Assembly (NCBI GenBank): GCA_002719815.1
Contig: PBET01000024.1
Coordinates: 3,393 to 67,392 of the forward strand
Length of the DNA stretch: 64,000 nt
Source of the DNA: Methanobacteriota archaeon
GTDB taxonomy: Archaea; Thermoplasmatota; Poseidoniia; Poseidoniales; Poseidoniaceae
Reading direction: 5' to 3'
The notes under the pieces were generated by a model. It saw only the letters and a program-made list of their open reading frames with translations. It was not told where the DNA came from and ran no database searches. Shown here one piece after another: positions 9,898 to 21,400 of the stretch. The position numbers and the translations under genes are program-made. Every line of letters starts with the position of its first letter. Position 1 is the first letter of the stretch.

Positions 9898-11778
9898 CTA
9901 GAATTTCTTTTTAGGACCACCAGGGAATAACCAGCGACTGGATTTTTCAGACGTTGCTTTGTCTTCGCTCTTCTCATATTTTTCCCTTCTAAAGAATATG
10001 AGCGATAGGAGGGCAATGATTGCTATTGCTGCAATCATGAGGTACATTGTGTTGGCATCGAGAGAGGATGCTTCTTCTGAGCGCGTGCCATCATTCGGGT
10101 ATGCATCCGTGTTATCCCCAACGCCATCGCCATCGGTATCGGTTGTTTCAGATGCATCATTTGGAAACGCATCAAGAGAATCCACTGTTCCATCGCCATC
10201 GGAATCTCTTTCGATTATTTCAATCGCATTCTCAACAACAATTGTTTCTCGGATACCGCCAATTTTCAGCAACGTTATTTGGAGATCGTACATCGACATT
10301 TCTGCGAATTCTGGTGCCTGAATCTCAACCTTCCATACACTATTTTCCGAGGCAGTGACTCTACCGCGTAAGTCTGATTCATCTTCCCAATCGCCTTGAG
10401 GTGCTGGACCCGCCACTGAGGCGAATGGAGCGATGTTGTAATCGATTGGTTGAGGCGTGTTTTTGTCGCTTCCTGAACCAATTCCTAATGGTCCATATTT
10501 ACCGCGACCCCAGCACGATACCGACCCGTTTTCATACAGACCACAGACATGGTCATAATTCACGCTCAAATCAACGATGTTTGTTGGCCCTTCAACGAAC
10601 ATTGGTGTAAGATAAATACCGCCAGTGACACCAATCCCAAGGCGGCCAAAGTGATTGTGCCCCCAACAGTATAGACTACTGTTTTCTAAGATAGCACACG
10701 AACTATGTGGGCCTACTGAAACCGATACTGCTGATGAACTGTCTGGCAATTGAGCATAGACTGGAATGAGTCGATTGGTGGTAGTATTCTCTCCAAGTTG
10801 ACCATAATTGTTCAAACCCCAGCAAGTGATTGAGCCGTTGTCAAGTAGAGCACATGAATGATGGTCTCCAACAGAAAGATCTGTCGCAGCGCGCCCTTCA
10901 GGTAACTCGACATTTGAAGACGGGGTATGAATCGTATCGCTCGTATCGCCATTTCCAAGTTGACCCACATTGTCACGGCCCCAGCACATAACGCCTCCAT
11001 CGTCAAGAAGTATACAGGTGTGTGTTGCTCCAGGCTCGACTTTCACAACTTTCCGATCCGATGGAGTCGTAATTGTTTGAGGCGTGTATTTGTCGCTTGT
11101 ATCCAAATTTCCGTTTCCTAAAGCTCCATATGAGTCAAGACCCCAGCAGGTCAAGTTGTCATCTTCTAAGATTGCACACGTGTGCTTAAGTCCCATACCG
11201 ATTGATTTCACACCCTTACCATCTGGAAATTGTACCTTCACGCTGGGAGATTTGTAGGTATTGGTTGAGTCATCACCGGCCTGCCCGTCTTCATTGAATC
11301 CCCAACAACTTGCAGAGTTGTCATCGAAAATGATGCACGTTCGCAATTGTCTCGCATAAATCTGGTCTACGCTTTGACCTTCAGCAATTGAAACGAACGA
11401 AGTAGGCTTATTCAAATTCGTTGCATCGCCACCATCGCCAAGTTGACCATAATTATCGAGCCCCCAACACATAGCTGAGCCATTTTCAAGGATTGCACAA
11501 CTATGCGAGTTTCCAGTGGCAAGTACAGATGAATGTGCTTTAGAAGCCATCGTATCCACTGAGACGAATTCATAACGAATTGTCGAGATACCAACATAAT
11601 CACTGAGATCAATGCTACATTCCATTGACTCGGCTTGGTTTACGTTAGCCTTCGGGCAATCTAATTCGAGTGATGTGCTTTCTTCAGCAATTGTTTGAAT
11701 AGGAACTAGAAGCAGAATTACAAGACAAATTCCTGCCTGAAGGTGAAGCAACCTGCCTCTCGACGGGGTTTTGACCAT
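9898..11778 (-). CDS. Secreted/anchored RCC1-repeat seven-bladed beta-propeller protein with C-terminal Asp-rich Ca-binding (TSP3-like) repeats and TM anchor
   Basis: Signal peptide; 7 repeats CWG.(D/N)..GQLG(D/N)G; DTDGDGVGDNTDAYPNDG; C-terminal hydrophobic helix + basic tail. Confidence 0.8.
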   Translation of the reverse strand: MVKTPSRGRLLHLQAGICLVILLLVPIQTIAEESTSLELDCPKANVNQAESMECSIDLSDYVGISTIRYEFVSVDTMASKAHSSVLATGNSHSCAILENGSAMCWGLDNYGQLGDGGDATNLNKPTSFVSIAEGQSVDQIYARQLRTCIIFDDNSASCWGFNEDGQAGDDSTNTYKSPSVKVQFPDGKGVKSIGMGLKHTCAILEDDNLTCWGLDSYGALGNGNLDTSDKYTPQTITTPSDRKVVKVEPGATHTCILLDDGGVMCWGRDNVGQLGNGDTSDTIHTPSSNVELPEGRAATDLSVGDHHSCALLDNGSITCWGLNNYGQLGENTTTNRLIPVYAQLPDSSSAVSVSVGPHSSCAILENSSLYCWGHNHFGRLGIGVTGGIYLTPMFVEGPTNIVDLSVNYDHVCGLYENGSVSCWGRGKYGPLGIGSGSDKNTPQPIDYNIAPFASVAGPAPQGDWEDESDLRGRVTASENSVWKVEIQAPEFAEMSMYDLQITLLKIGGIRETIVVENAIEIIERDSDGDGTVDSLDAFPNDASETTDTDGDGVGDNTDAYPNDGTRSEEASSLDANTMYLMIAAIAIIALLSLIFFRREKYEKSEDKATSEKSSRWLFPGGPKKKF

Positions 11779-11842
11779 GGTACTACGTCACCCTTCTCCT
11801 TTATTGACTGATTTATTCTACTCAGTATCCATGACGTGCTTT

Positions 11843-12802
11843 TTACACTGAATCGGTAGCCTCAACCAATGCTTTTGCAATCGGAACTTCACCCATTGAA
11901 TGGCCTGCATCAGGAATCATATGAAGCGTCGATTTGGGAAGTTGTTTATGCAATTCCCATGCGCTTTTCGCAGGACAGACCATGTCATAGCGACCTTGTA
12001 CAATGATTGCAGGAATGTTTTCTATTGCCTCTGCATTGTTGAGAATGTAGGAATCTTCTACGAAAATTCCATTGATGAAATAATGGCATTCAATGCGAGC
12101 AAACGCTACTGCAAAATCAAGATCTTCCGCCTTTTCAAGGTATTCTGGGTCGGGGAACAGTCGACTTGTCGCCATCTCCCAACGCGTCCATTCCTTCGCC
12201 GCAGCACGGCGAACTTCAACGTCTTCACTCGTTAGGCGCTTGTAATAGGCAGGAATGAGCGCCGATTGCTCATCTACTGGAATGTGTTGCTGATACGGCT
12301 CAAAGGCATCTGGGAAAACATGACTTGCTCCTTCTTGGTAGAACCAGTGCAATTCAGATGTTCTGCACATGAAGATGCCTCGAAGAATGAACGATCGGAC
12401 GCGGCTAGGGTGAGTAATTCCGTAAATGAGCGAAAGCGTTGAACCCCATGAGCCTCCAAAGACATGCCACGTATCGATACCGAAGTGCATTCGTAATGCC
12501 TCGATATCGGAAACGAGGTGCATGGTTGTATTTTCTTCAAGATCTGCATAAGGCGTTGATTTTCCACAACCTCGTTGGTCGAACTGGATGATGTTCCACT
12601 TTTGTGGATCGAAATATTGTCGATACGATGGTTGGCTTCCTCCACCTGGGCCACCGTGGATGACAATGACTGGGGTGCCGTCAGGATTGCCTGCACATTC
12701 CCAAGCAATTGTGTGGCGATCTGATACTGCAAGCATGCCTGTTGAATACGGTTCAATTTTCGGGTAGAGTACGTCGTCAATCGATTGAGAGGTTAGGCTC
12801 AT
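11843..12802 (-). CDS. pip: Proline iminopeptidase (prolyl aminopeptidase, S33 alpha/beta hydrolase)
   Basis: LYPKIEPYSTGML..., VIVIHGGPGGGS, FDQRGCGKSTP; start set at internal ATG (12800-12802), longer ORF-track start would overlap divergent gene. Confidence 0.85.
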   Translation of the reverse strand: MSLTSQSIDDVLYPKIEPYSTGMLAVSDRHTIAWECAGNPDGTPVIVIHGGPGGGSQPSYRQYFDPQKWNIIQFDQRGCGKSTPYADLEENTTMHLVSDIEALRMHFGIDTWHVFGGSWGSTLSLIYGITHPSRVRSFILRGIFMCRTSELHWFYQEGASHVFPDAFEPYQQHIPVDEQSALIPAYYKRLTSEDVEVRRAAAKEWTRWEMATSRLFPDPEYLEKAEDLDFAVAFARIECHYFINGIFVEDSYILNNAEAIENIPAIIVQGRYDMVCPAKSAWELHKQLPKSTLHMIPDAGHSMGEVPIAKALVEATDSV

Positions 12803-12872
12803 ACTACATCCGATACGAATGGGGATGATGTTGCTTTCGATGCCTTTTTTCGACGGATGCCATCGTCGATAC

Positions 12873-13499
12873 ATGAAGCAGGCAACAGACGTCTTCAACG
12901 ATTGGGCACACCGAGGCAAAGACGAGGGTATGGAACGTGGACACAGTCCTGCTGTCAATGAAATGTTGGAGGTTGCTTTCCAACGAGTCAATCAAGGAAA
13001 TCAACCCTTTTCATTCGCTGATTTAGGATGTGGAAATGGCTGGGTTGTACGATTGGTTGGTGGGCATGAGAACTGCATGCGAGCTGATGGTTTTGATGGT
13101 GCACCGCACATGATTGAGAAGGCAAACAACATTGATTCGAAACATGGTTATCATCTTGCTCTGTTTCCTGATACACAACCTCCTCAACAATACGATTTCA
13201 TTCATTCAATGGAATTCATTTACTACCTTCATGAACCTCAACAGATGCTACAATCAATTCACGACGATTGGTTGGCCGATGGAGGTTGGGCTGTAATTGG
13301 AATCGATCATTATGCGGAACATGAGGAAAGTCTTGGTTGGCCAGAAGCCCTCGATGTACATATGTCGACATTTACAGAGCAGGAATGGATTGCAATGTGG
13401 AATGACGTTGGATTTACTGAAATTCATGCGTGGAGAGCAAACCAATCCGAAGGAAAACCAGGAACACTCGCCATCATTGGGAAGAAAAATCAGAATTGA
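12873..13499 (+). CDS. Class I SAM-dependent methyltransferase
   Basis: Motif I FADLGCGNGWVV; start chosen at ATG 12873 (MKQATDVF); 3' end overlaps convergent AddA-like gene by 26 nt. Confidence 0.7.
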   Translation: MKQATDVFNDWAHRGKDEGMERGHSPAVNEMLEVAFQRVNQGNQPFSFADLGCGNGWVVRLVGGHENCMRADGFDGAPHMIEKANNIDSKHGYHLALFPDTQPPQQYDFIHSMEFIYYLHEPQQMLQSIHDDWLADGGWAVIGIDHYAEHEESLGWPEALDVHMSTFTEQEWIAMWNDVGFTEIHAWRANQSEGKPGTLAIIGKKNQN

Positions 13500-16400
13500 T
13501 CCCCAACTCAAGGCCCTGTGGTGCACACATTCGTACATCGCCATTGAAAAATGGACACTTTTTGCAGATATCAATCGCTTCCATTGGTAAGCGCTTCGGT
13601 TCGGTAACACCGTTTGAATCTGCAGTAAGGGTTGCCATCCAATGCAGGAGATTCATCAGTTCTTCTTCTGCTTCTTTGCACATCTTATCCGGCATTTGAA
13701 CAAGACGTCCCGTCGTGGCGATCAAGAGTGCTGGTGGCCGAATATCTCGTCTCTTTTCAATGGGTTTTCGTTCTTCTTGCTCACGCAAAACCAATGAATA
13801 AAGCATCAGTTGCAAACGATGATTTCGTAGCATCTGAACCTCCGCTTGGTTTTGTGGTTCAAACGAGAGCGGTTCATTCAGCGTCTCGTACAACGGGTGC
13901 AGTTCGAGTTCTTCCTCTCGCGCACCTGTTGTTTTCAAATCAATAACCTGCAACCAAGCCTGTTGATCTTCACATCCTGCAACCACAAGATCTGCCTGCC
14001 CTTCAAAGAGAACATTGACCGCATCAATCACTGTTCGAAATGACTGGTCAAGTTCTGTGAGTGGTGTTCTCAAACGACCTTTCAGGTCGATTTGTTGATT
14101 GAAAGAAAACGACAACTCCGTTCGCAACCCTTCGATTTCATGGCCATGAATCGCTTGACCTTCGACCATTTTTCCTAAAGCTCCATTTGATAGTCGTTTG
14201 GCCAAATCAATGATTCGTTGCCTCGTTTGCTTCTGTTCATCGCTGGACAATCGATGCCACTCGGGTTGTGATTGCGTTGCATCATCGATTTCCTTATCCG
14301 ATAACAGGTGGTTTTGTTGAGCATTCAACCAAACTTGTCCTAATTCAAAGCCTGTTGTCTTCATTTCTGCTGGATTTGCAATTCCAATTTCAACGAGTCT
14401 GTGGAACATCGATCCAAAGGCAGTTGCCGATGGCCAGCCGACAGAATTAGCCGTTACATCTTCCCCATCGGACCGATCTTTAGTATCCTCCTCACTCGAT
14501 TCGAACTTCGTTTCTTGATGGAGTTTGAAAGGCTCAGATTGCCAGCCTCGTACATGCGACAACCAATAGCGTCGTCGGCAGGAATGGGCCGTATCTAAGC
14601 CATGGGCTGTCATCTTTAACGTCGGGGTTTGATAAACAACGGCTTGTTCAATCTCACTGTCATCTGTCGCTTGTTCAACGAGTTGTTCCATGTTCAGCCA
14701 GTTGGAAAGTACGGAAGTTGGTGATTGTTCGGCAAAGCAATCAGGATGGTGATACATACGCAAGCTCTGTAGCGAATCTTGCATAAATCCACTCGACGTA
14801 TACAACGCATAGGGATCAAACTTCAACGTCTGCTCGCCATATTCTGCTAAACGTTCTCCTTGAACATCGTTGGTAAGACTCCAAGGCTGTTCATCGCCTG
14901 ATGCCAATCCCATGTATCGGAAACCTTCAAGCATCAAATCGCCCATGTTGTTCCCTTTTGCATTCACCTTCATCTCAACCATTGCATCATCACTCAACAA
15001 GCAAGGAGCATTTGGCGAGCCAACGAAGATCAAGCGATCTTTCACCCTGGTAAGTGCAACATAGAATTGACGACGCAATTCAGCTTGATTTTGTGCCTTG
15101 TTCATTTGTTCAGCCAACATCCACAAGGCATCTTCAGGCTTCTCTTTCGACTTCCATGGCTGAATACGGCCTGCAATTACATCTGGTGTAATCAAGACAT
15201 TGTTCTGAGCTTCAATGCTTGAACTGCGACGTCCTGCTTCAAACAATCCTGTGACGATCACAACCGGCGCTTGGAGACCTTTTGCCCCATGAATTGTCAT
15301 GATCTGAATCGCGCCACTTGTTGGTAAAGAACGGGCTTGGGGACCTTTGTTCCCAAGTGTTCCGAACGCCTTCATCTGATCAAGGATCGAGGCGGGTTCG
15401 TGTCCTGATTCACCACCTAATTTTTGCAACATTGCGTACCATGTTTCAGCAACTTGTCGTTCAGATTCATCTGGGAATGCGATGAGGAGATCGCTGTAAT
15501 CCAAGACAGCATCAAAGATTTCGTACATGGCGCCAGAATGTACCAAACGAGCGCATGCTTCCATGAGTGGCCCTTGAGGTTCGCCATCAAAATAGTCGGA
15601 AAAGAAGTGCCAATAATTGTCCACATCCTTCGTTTGGAAAATCTCCTCAATCTGTATGGATGATGCCCCAATAATTGAGGAACGAAGGACGGAATGGGCG
15701 GCATGTCTTGACCCTGGTCGTGCGAGAAGTTCCAACATAGCCATCAACGGTTGAACGACGGGTTGCTTGAGCAACTCACCTTGTTTATCAGCCATAACCG
15801 GCAATCCACGAGCTTGGAGTCGTGCGATTAAGTCGGGAATGTGCTTTCGTGAGTGGACGAGAATCATCACATCTTCAGGCAGAATTGGCTCTTCTGGTTC
15901 TACTTCAACAAAATCTTCCGCTTCTGTTGACCATATCCGAGTTGGTGAGCCTCGAACCAAGGCATCCAATCGAGAAGCGATAAGTTCATGTTCCAAATGA
16001 CGGAGATTTGCATTTCCTGCATCGAACAAGTTGTACCCTTGTGTAAGGCCAAGTGGTAGTTCCTCGGTATCGTTTTGAGTCGGAAGAAGCCACTCGATTG
16101 TCCCTATGCGTTCCGTATCTCGTCCAGATTCTAAGGGCTGAGCAGTTGCATGGAAATCGCCTGGGAATTGGTGATGCCGATGATTAAACGTGTCATCAAA
16201 CATATTGTTGAGCGTTTGAAGTAGGCCAGGTGCTGTTCGGAAATTCGTTCTCAGTTGAATATGGCCTTCGGCTCGTTCAACGATTGTATCATCATCGATG
16301 GCGAGACCTGCGTCGTCAATTCCATAGGAAACGTAGTCGTACGGAGCTGATTTCTCATCTCGGGAATAATCAGCGGCGGAGATGAATGAACCAGATTCAC

Positions 16401-18447
16401 CACCTGCGCCGACGGGCCGAGGATCTCGGCCGTGCCCTTCTTGAGTAAAAGTCTCCATCCGTTTCTCATTAGCCTCGATCTGGTTCGCTACACGAATGGA
16501 TGCAACCATTCGACGCATAACCGTAACCTCAGCCTGACGGAATCGGTAGATGCTTTGCTTCATATCACCAACAATGCAGATGGTTGGGTCCCAGGGACCT
16601 GCTGGTTCAGGGTGTTCTTCGGAAATGCCCTCTCTTCGCCCCCAAAGTCGCGAAAGGAGACGAGCATGTTCTGGATTCGTATCCTGATACTCGTCGATAA
16701 TGAAGGCTCGATATCGTGCACGAATTTGCTTTAATAGCGCAAATCTTCGTTGAAGATCAACGTATTTCTCTTCATCACGTTGCATAATGGTCAGTGCTCT
16801 TCGAATATGTTCATCCGACCATGGCTCATCACCAAGGTCATCCAATGCCTGGACAGCCTCGGGCGGATACCAATGACGAACGATGGCTGGACAGCGAACA
16901 AGGAGTAAATCGCCGACCATGACTTGAACATCGTCAAAATCATGCGCTTCTTCTTGTGCCTTCAAGTGACGAAGTAAATCCTGACAGCCTGAATGAACTG
17001 TATACAAATCGTTCAGAACTTCAACCTGAAGGTCACTAGAAACCCTCTGCATACCAGATGGTGGTTCGGTACCCAACGAAACGCCCAGTGGATGGCGGTC
17101 GTATTTTTCATTCGCATCTCGATGGACAAAAGGCCGTACAGGATTGAGGCAGTAGGCAACTTTTGCAAGCATCAACACCAGACGCCCATCACTTGGGTCA
17201 TGAATCCGGTTTTGCAAACGAGTTGCAGCCTTGGAAGCATCTTTCATGAGTTGTTCCTTGGTTGCCTCCTCAGATTTACGCTTGAAGACTGATGACCACG
17301 TCATCAAGCCTGAAGGCCAGTCTGCTAGCGTATTTGCTCGGGGGAAGTGCCCGTCCTTGAGAATGGTTGGTGCTGGCTCCTTCAACTGTGCATGCGATGC
17401 GGCCGCTGCAACCACCTGGTACAACCACTGAAGTTGTTCTATCGGAGTTGTAGGCAGTGCTTCCCGTGCCAAATGAGCGAGTTGATTGAAACGAGTATTT
17501 GTTGTAGCAACTTGCGCTGGAGCGACAATCACAGAATGATGTTCGAGGAAAACATCAACCCATTCGTTAAGGAATGCATGTACATCTTGAACGACCGGAG
17601 TGATAAGGTGGTGACACTCCTGTAAAATCATGTCCTCAATAAGTCGGTAATCTGGAGGTGTGTCACCATCCCATGGTAAACCAGTTCGAATCGAACGTGA
17701 GCGAAGCCGTCGCTTAGATTCCTCGACAAATAGCGACGATTCTAGCAATCCTTCCAATGCCGTTTGTGCACTTGCTTGACCTCCAAGCCGGATTGCGAGA
17801 CGATTGCGGGCAGCGATGAAAGCATCAGCTGATTGAAGCATGCCCGCTTCGATTGCATCGCGAGCATTTCGTATACGCCAAGCCGCATTCAATGCTTGAC
17901 TTCTCAAAAGAGGGGCTTTTTCTTCAGGAAGTTGTTCTCGACTGACGTGGATTGCTACGAGATCGATATGCGGTGAGAGAATTTCCGACAGGAACGCATC
18001 GATGGTCGATATTGGTGATGATTCAAGCAACGACATCAGCATCGAAACATCGCCTTGGTGACGCAGACGTGGGTCATGCATCCCCATTCGGTCATCGTCT
18101 TTTACAGGATGAGCACGAAGCGATTGAATCCTTTGTCGAATTCTTGACCGCAGTTCAGATGCCGCCTTTCGAGTGAAGGTAATCGCGACGATTTCTTGTG
18201 GCAACAGTCCTTTCCATTCATTCAATGGAGTGCGATCTTTCTTTGCTGCGAGAACGTGGCCTGCACCATACTGTTCCAACCGAATTGGTGGCGGCAAAAC
18301 ATGCGTAGCTCGTTGCTCTGCTGAAAGAAGATGCTGAACATATCGTTCAGCCATAACGGTGGTTTTACCTGTTCCAGCACCAGCATCCAATGCGATGTGT
18401 TGATCGAGATTAAGACCCAGTCGCTGACTTCTGTTGAAGGAAATCAC
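13474..18447 (-). CDS. AddA/AdnB-like SF1 (UvrD-family) helicase fused to C-terminal RecB-family PD-(D/E)XK nuclease with 4-Cys cluster
   Basis: 1657 aa; motifs I AGAGTGKT, II FIIDEYQDT, III VGDMKQSIYRFRQA, IV LRTNFRT, V IMTIHGAKGLQAPVV, VI FYVALTRVKDRL; nuclease VIDLKTTG, QLMLYSLVL; CKKCPFFNGDVRMC. Confidence 0.85.
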   Translation of the reverse strand: MISFNRSQRLGLNLDQHIALDAGAGTGKTTVMAERYVQHLLSAEQRATHVLPPPIRLEQYGAGHVLAAKKDRTPLNEWKGLLPQEIVAITFTRKAASELRSRIRQRIQSLRAHPVKDDDRMGMHDPRLRHQGDVSMLMSLLESSPISTIDAFLSEILSPHIDLVAIHVSREQLPEEKAPLLRSQALNAAWRIRNARDAIEAGMLQSADAFIAARNRLAIRLGGQASAQTALEGLLESSLFVEESKRRLRSRSIRTGLPWDGDTPPDYRLIEDMILQECHHLITPVVQDVHAFLNEWVDVFLEHHSVIVAPAQVATTNTRFNQLAHLAREALPTTPIEQLQWLYQVVAAAASHAQLKEPAPTILKDGHFPRANTLADWPSGLMTWSSVFKRKSEEATKEQLMKDASKAATRLQNRIHDPSDGRLVLMLAKVAYCLNPVRPFVHRDANEKYDRHPLGVSLGTEPPSGMQRVSSDLQVEVLNDLYTVHSGCQDLLRHLKAQEEAHDFDDVQVMVGDLLLVRCPAIVRHWYPPEAVQALDDLGDEPWSDEHIRRALTIMQRDEEKYVDLQRRFALLKQIRARYRAFIIDEYQDTNPEHARLLSRLWGRREGISEEHPEPAGPWDPTICIVGDMKQSIYRFRQAEVTVMRRMVASIRVANQIEANEKRMETFTQEGHGRDPRPVGAGGESGSFISAADYSRDEKSAPYDYVSYGIDDAGLAIDDDTIVERAEGHIQLRTNFRTAPGLLQTLNNMFDDTFNHRHHQFPGDFHATAQPLESGRDTERIGTIEWLLPTQNDTEELPLGLTQGYNLFDAGNANLRHLEHELIASRLDALVRGSPTRIWSTEAEDFVEVEPEEPILPEDVMILVHSRKHIPDLIARLQARGLPVMADKQGELLKQPVVQPLMAMLELLARPGSRHAAHSVLRSSIIGASSIQIEEIFQTKDVDNYWHFFSDYFDGEPQGPLMEACARLVHSGAMYEIFDAVLDYSDLLIAFPDESERQVAETWYAMLQKLGGESGHEPASILDQMKAFGTLGNKGPQARSLPTSGAIQIMTIHGAKGLQAPVVIVTGLFEAGRRSSSIEAQNNVLITPDVIAGRIQPWKSKEKPEDALWMLAEQMNKAQNQAELRRQFYVALTRVKDRLIFVGSPNAPCLLSDDAMVEMKVNAKGNNMGDLMLEGFRYMGLASGDEQPWSLTNDVQGERLAEYGEQTLKFDPYALYTSSGFMQDSLQSLRMYHHPDCFAEQSPTSVLSNWLNMEQLVEQATDDSEIEQAVVYQTPTLKMTAHGLDTAHSCRRRYWLSHVRGWQSEPFKLHQETKFESSEEDTKDRSDGEDVTANSVGWPSATAFGSMFHRLVEIGIANPAEMKTTGFELGQVWLNAQQNHLLSDKEIDDATQSQPEWHRLSSDEQKQTRQRIIDLAKRLSNGALGKMVEGQAIHGHEIEGLRTELSFSFNQQIDLKGRLRTPLTELDQSFRTVIDAVNVLFEGQADLVVAGCEDQQAWLQVIDLKTTGAREEELELHPLYETLNEPLSFEPQNQAEVQMLRNHRLQLMLYSLVLREQEERKPIEKRRDIRPPALLIATTGRLVQMPDKMCKEAEEELMNLLHWMATLTADSNGVTEPKRLPMEAIDICKKCPFFNGDVRMCAPQGLELGINSDFSSQ

Positions 18448-21400
18448 TTTGTTTCACCTCCAATGGATGCAGAAGAGCACGCACTTGCGAGTGAACAATA
18501 CTTGCAGTGATCTCCTGGTGCAGGATGATTCCAGCCGAGTTCACTTGCATCCTGTGCCCGGATTGCGGCAGTAATTCTTGAACTCATCCACGCCCGGAAA
18601 CTGTTACTCTCCGGTGTTGTTCCTTCAGTTGGTATACGGAAATGATTTCCAGAGTAAAACGTTCGAGTTCCGATGGTTCGGCTTTCCTCAAGAAAAGCAA
18701 AACTCGGATCGAGTTCAAGGAGATGTTCCGTATCATCGCCCACTTCTGAGATACCAACGCCAATGACGCGATCGCCTGGATGTGCTAATTCCCAAGCACG
18801 AGCATAGAGTGCTAATTGAATCTCCTTGAAGAGGCCCGCGACATGTCGAATGCCATCTTCACCAGGTTTTGGTCCTTCGATGGTTTTGAGGTCTCGAATG
18901 ATGATGAAGCGCTTCGCAGGAGGTCCACTTCCATCAAAGAAAAGTGGCATCCCTTCTGCGCTCTCATCATAGAGCCCACGCTCGGTTAGTCGTTCAAGGA
19001 GCGATTCATCGAGAACAAGGTGATCAACGCGATCAATTCGCCCACGTAACTTGATGCATGAGGTTTCAAATTGATCATCAAACCCTTCGATTTCTACACT
19101 CAACTCCGTTCCATGTTGCAACGCCCATTCACTGGCAATTGGTGCTGCTGAGGTCAGGTTGAGATCTGCTAAAAGTAGACGTCCGAGTCGCCCTCCAATC
19201 GGAAGCGTTCCGTTGCCTTCAAGCCAATCGTTCCAATCTTCAGGCGAGCAGCCAATCAAATCATTGCAGCGATGAACGGAAACTGCATTTGTTCTCGATA
19301 ACCAGGGAGCGATTTCAGACAAATGCCAGAGCAAACTTTCCCATATTTCTTGGTTTGATAGTGAAGTTCCTTGATGCATTGGCGTACCTTCGGCCAGTGG
19401 CGTCCCTCCTACTTCAATTCCAAGAAGTGTCATGAGATGTTCCTCAATGGCATGAACCAACGTTCCTTTTGTGAGTGGCGCAATGTCTTCAGAGGGCTCG
19501 GGAGTGTTGTCCGTGGCATCGAGTGTCTGTTCAGACCATGCTTGTCGGGGGCAAGTCAGCCAAGGTGTTAATCGGCTTGTTGACCATGTCTTTGATTCCG
19601 TTTCGATCGGTTGACTGGAAAGAATTTCGTTCAGGCTTGGTGAACCATACGTAGGCGGAGGAAGCGGACGAGGGTCGAGTGAAGGCCCCCTCGAATTGCC
19701 ATTCTTCTTGTATCCGAGATGCGGATAGGATGCTGAGGTTCGACCACCACTCACCTCGGCTTGAGAGACCGTGGGTTCGATGACAAGGCCCGTTGTTGTG
19801 AGCAAGCTCTCCCGTATCTCCCATGGCAGAATGCTTCCATTTGCAAGTGGCTTGAATTTTGGTTGGCGACGATAGCGATCGAGATGCACATCGCGTTCAA
19901 ATCGATTCGCTATGGTATTCGCTGACTGAATCGTTCCACTCGGAGTCCGCAACGCTTTCAATTCAAGACCAGTCTGTTGTTGCAGATCTCGTTGCATGTT
20001 CTCTGCTCGTTCAAGTTCCACTTCACCACCGTTCACAGATAATGAAGAAGTTCGATATGTCAGCCAATTTCCTGTTTCTCGAGTCACAATTGACCATCCA
20101 GCACCATCAGAAACTTCTTCCTGCAGGAACGCTGGAATGGCCGCAAGATTCCGTAAATCACCTTGCAGTTCAACGCCTGAAAGGTACTCGACAACCGGTG
20201 TCGAATTACCCGCAGATTCATCATGTTCGGTATCGAAGAGGATCACTTGTTGGCTTGAATTTAGCACAGATTTGAAGAGATGACGCGCCTGACGAACGGG
20301 TAAGTCTCCATCATTCAAGCCTAATTCGACTCGAACAGAATCGTCAATCCAAGGCACTCGCTCAGGCTTCATCGACCATGACTCAGCATCAATTCCAACG
20401 AAGAGAGTGAGGTCCGATGCTACCCCAAACGCTTGCTTTGGTGTACAGATATGTACATCGAAATGACGAACTCGATTCATAGGTAGTTTGGTTTGATCGG
20501 CTGCTAACCGACAAAAATCAATGAATGGAAGACTCGACTGATATTGGAGCAAACCATCAACGGATCGGACCCATGATTGCACGGCACCTACGGAGGCATC
20601 GTAATGCCGTGTACGTTCAAACAACGCCTCCCAGTCACATGCATGTAAAATTGTGCTGAGTACGTCTCGTGGCGTTTTACTTGGCTCGGGCAAGGGTAGA
20701 GAAATGTTTGATGACGCGCCAACGAATGGATTCGCAAGGAAGTTTTTCTCGGTTTCATCGAGTAACGCAGTCCATGATGTTGCAAGGCATTGCAACCACC
20801 ACTGCGTCTCCTCAATCGCTCGCAATTCTTCCTCACGACGATAGGCTTCAACAGCATATGGTTTTGCAACAGCTAAAGAGCCAAGCCACCGTTGGAGCGC
20901 TCCTTTTCCGCCAAGAACGTGGAAACTGCGGCCGATGTTTTCAATCACGTCCAAGTGTGGCCTTGGCCGCCAATCCTTCTTTTCTGGATGGGTCAAATCG
21001 GAAAACAATTTGCCAATAATCGGGAACGCCTTTGACTGGGCGATATCGAACAGTTTAGCTGTTGACCATGCATCTTGGCCATTGGGAATTGACAGAAATC
21101 GAAGTATTGCTTGTATAGCAGAGGTACTTCCAACTGAATCTGCTTGAGTATCGCATGTAATTCCAATGCGCTGCAGACGGCGAATCCATTCCTTGTGGCG
21201 GCCCTTGTCGGCATCGATGAGAAGAATACGTCCTTGTTCATGCTTGTTGAAATGATTGATGACTGAAATTGCGGCATCTGGAATCTGCGAGGCTCGGTCG
21301 AAACTCAGTAAGTGGATTCCTTCTGTCGCGTAATCAGCGTTACCGGATGCTGGAGGCAGAACGGTATGACGTGGGACCCATTCTGGCAGTTGGTCATCGC

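Noticed and set aside
12274-12780. 168-aa ORF on the minus strand inside the pip gene (different frame). Similar embedded or antisense ORFs occur at 31014..31649 (in gatE), 5390..5761, 8887..9186 and 33245..33505.
   Set aside because: They lie fully within well-supported genes with clear family signatures. 8887..9186 is the Lys-rich mirror image of the acidic repeat tail. No independent motifs or start contexts.
12803-12991. Long N-terminal extensions in ORF-track calls for pip, mcm (35082..35246), gatE, both pth2 copies, purM (GTG 35761), trm1 (TTG 36900) and the HAD gene
   Set aside because: Family N-terminal consensus begins at internal ATGs. The extensions would overlap neighbouring genes or divergent promoters, so shorter starts were adopted.
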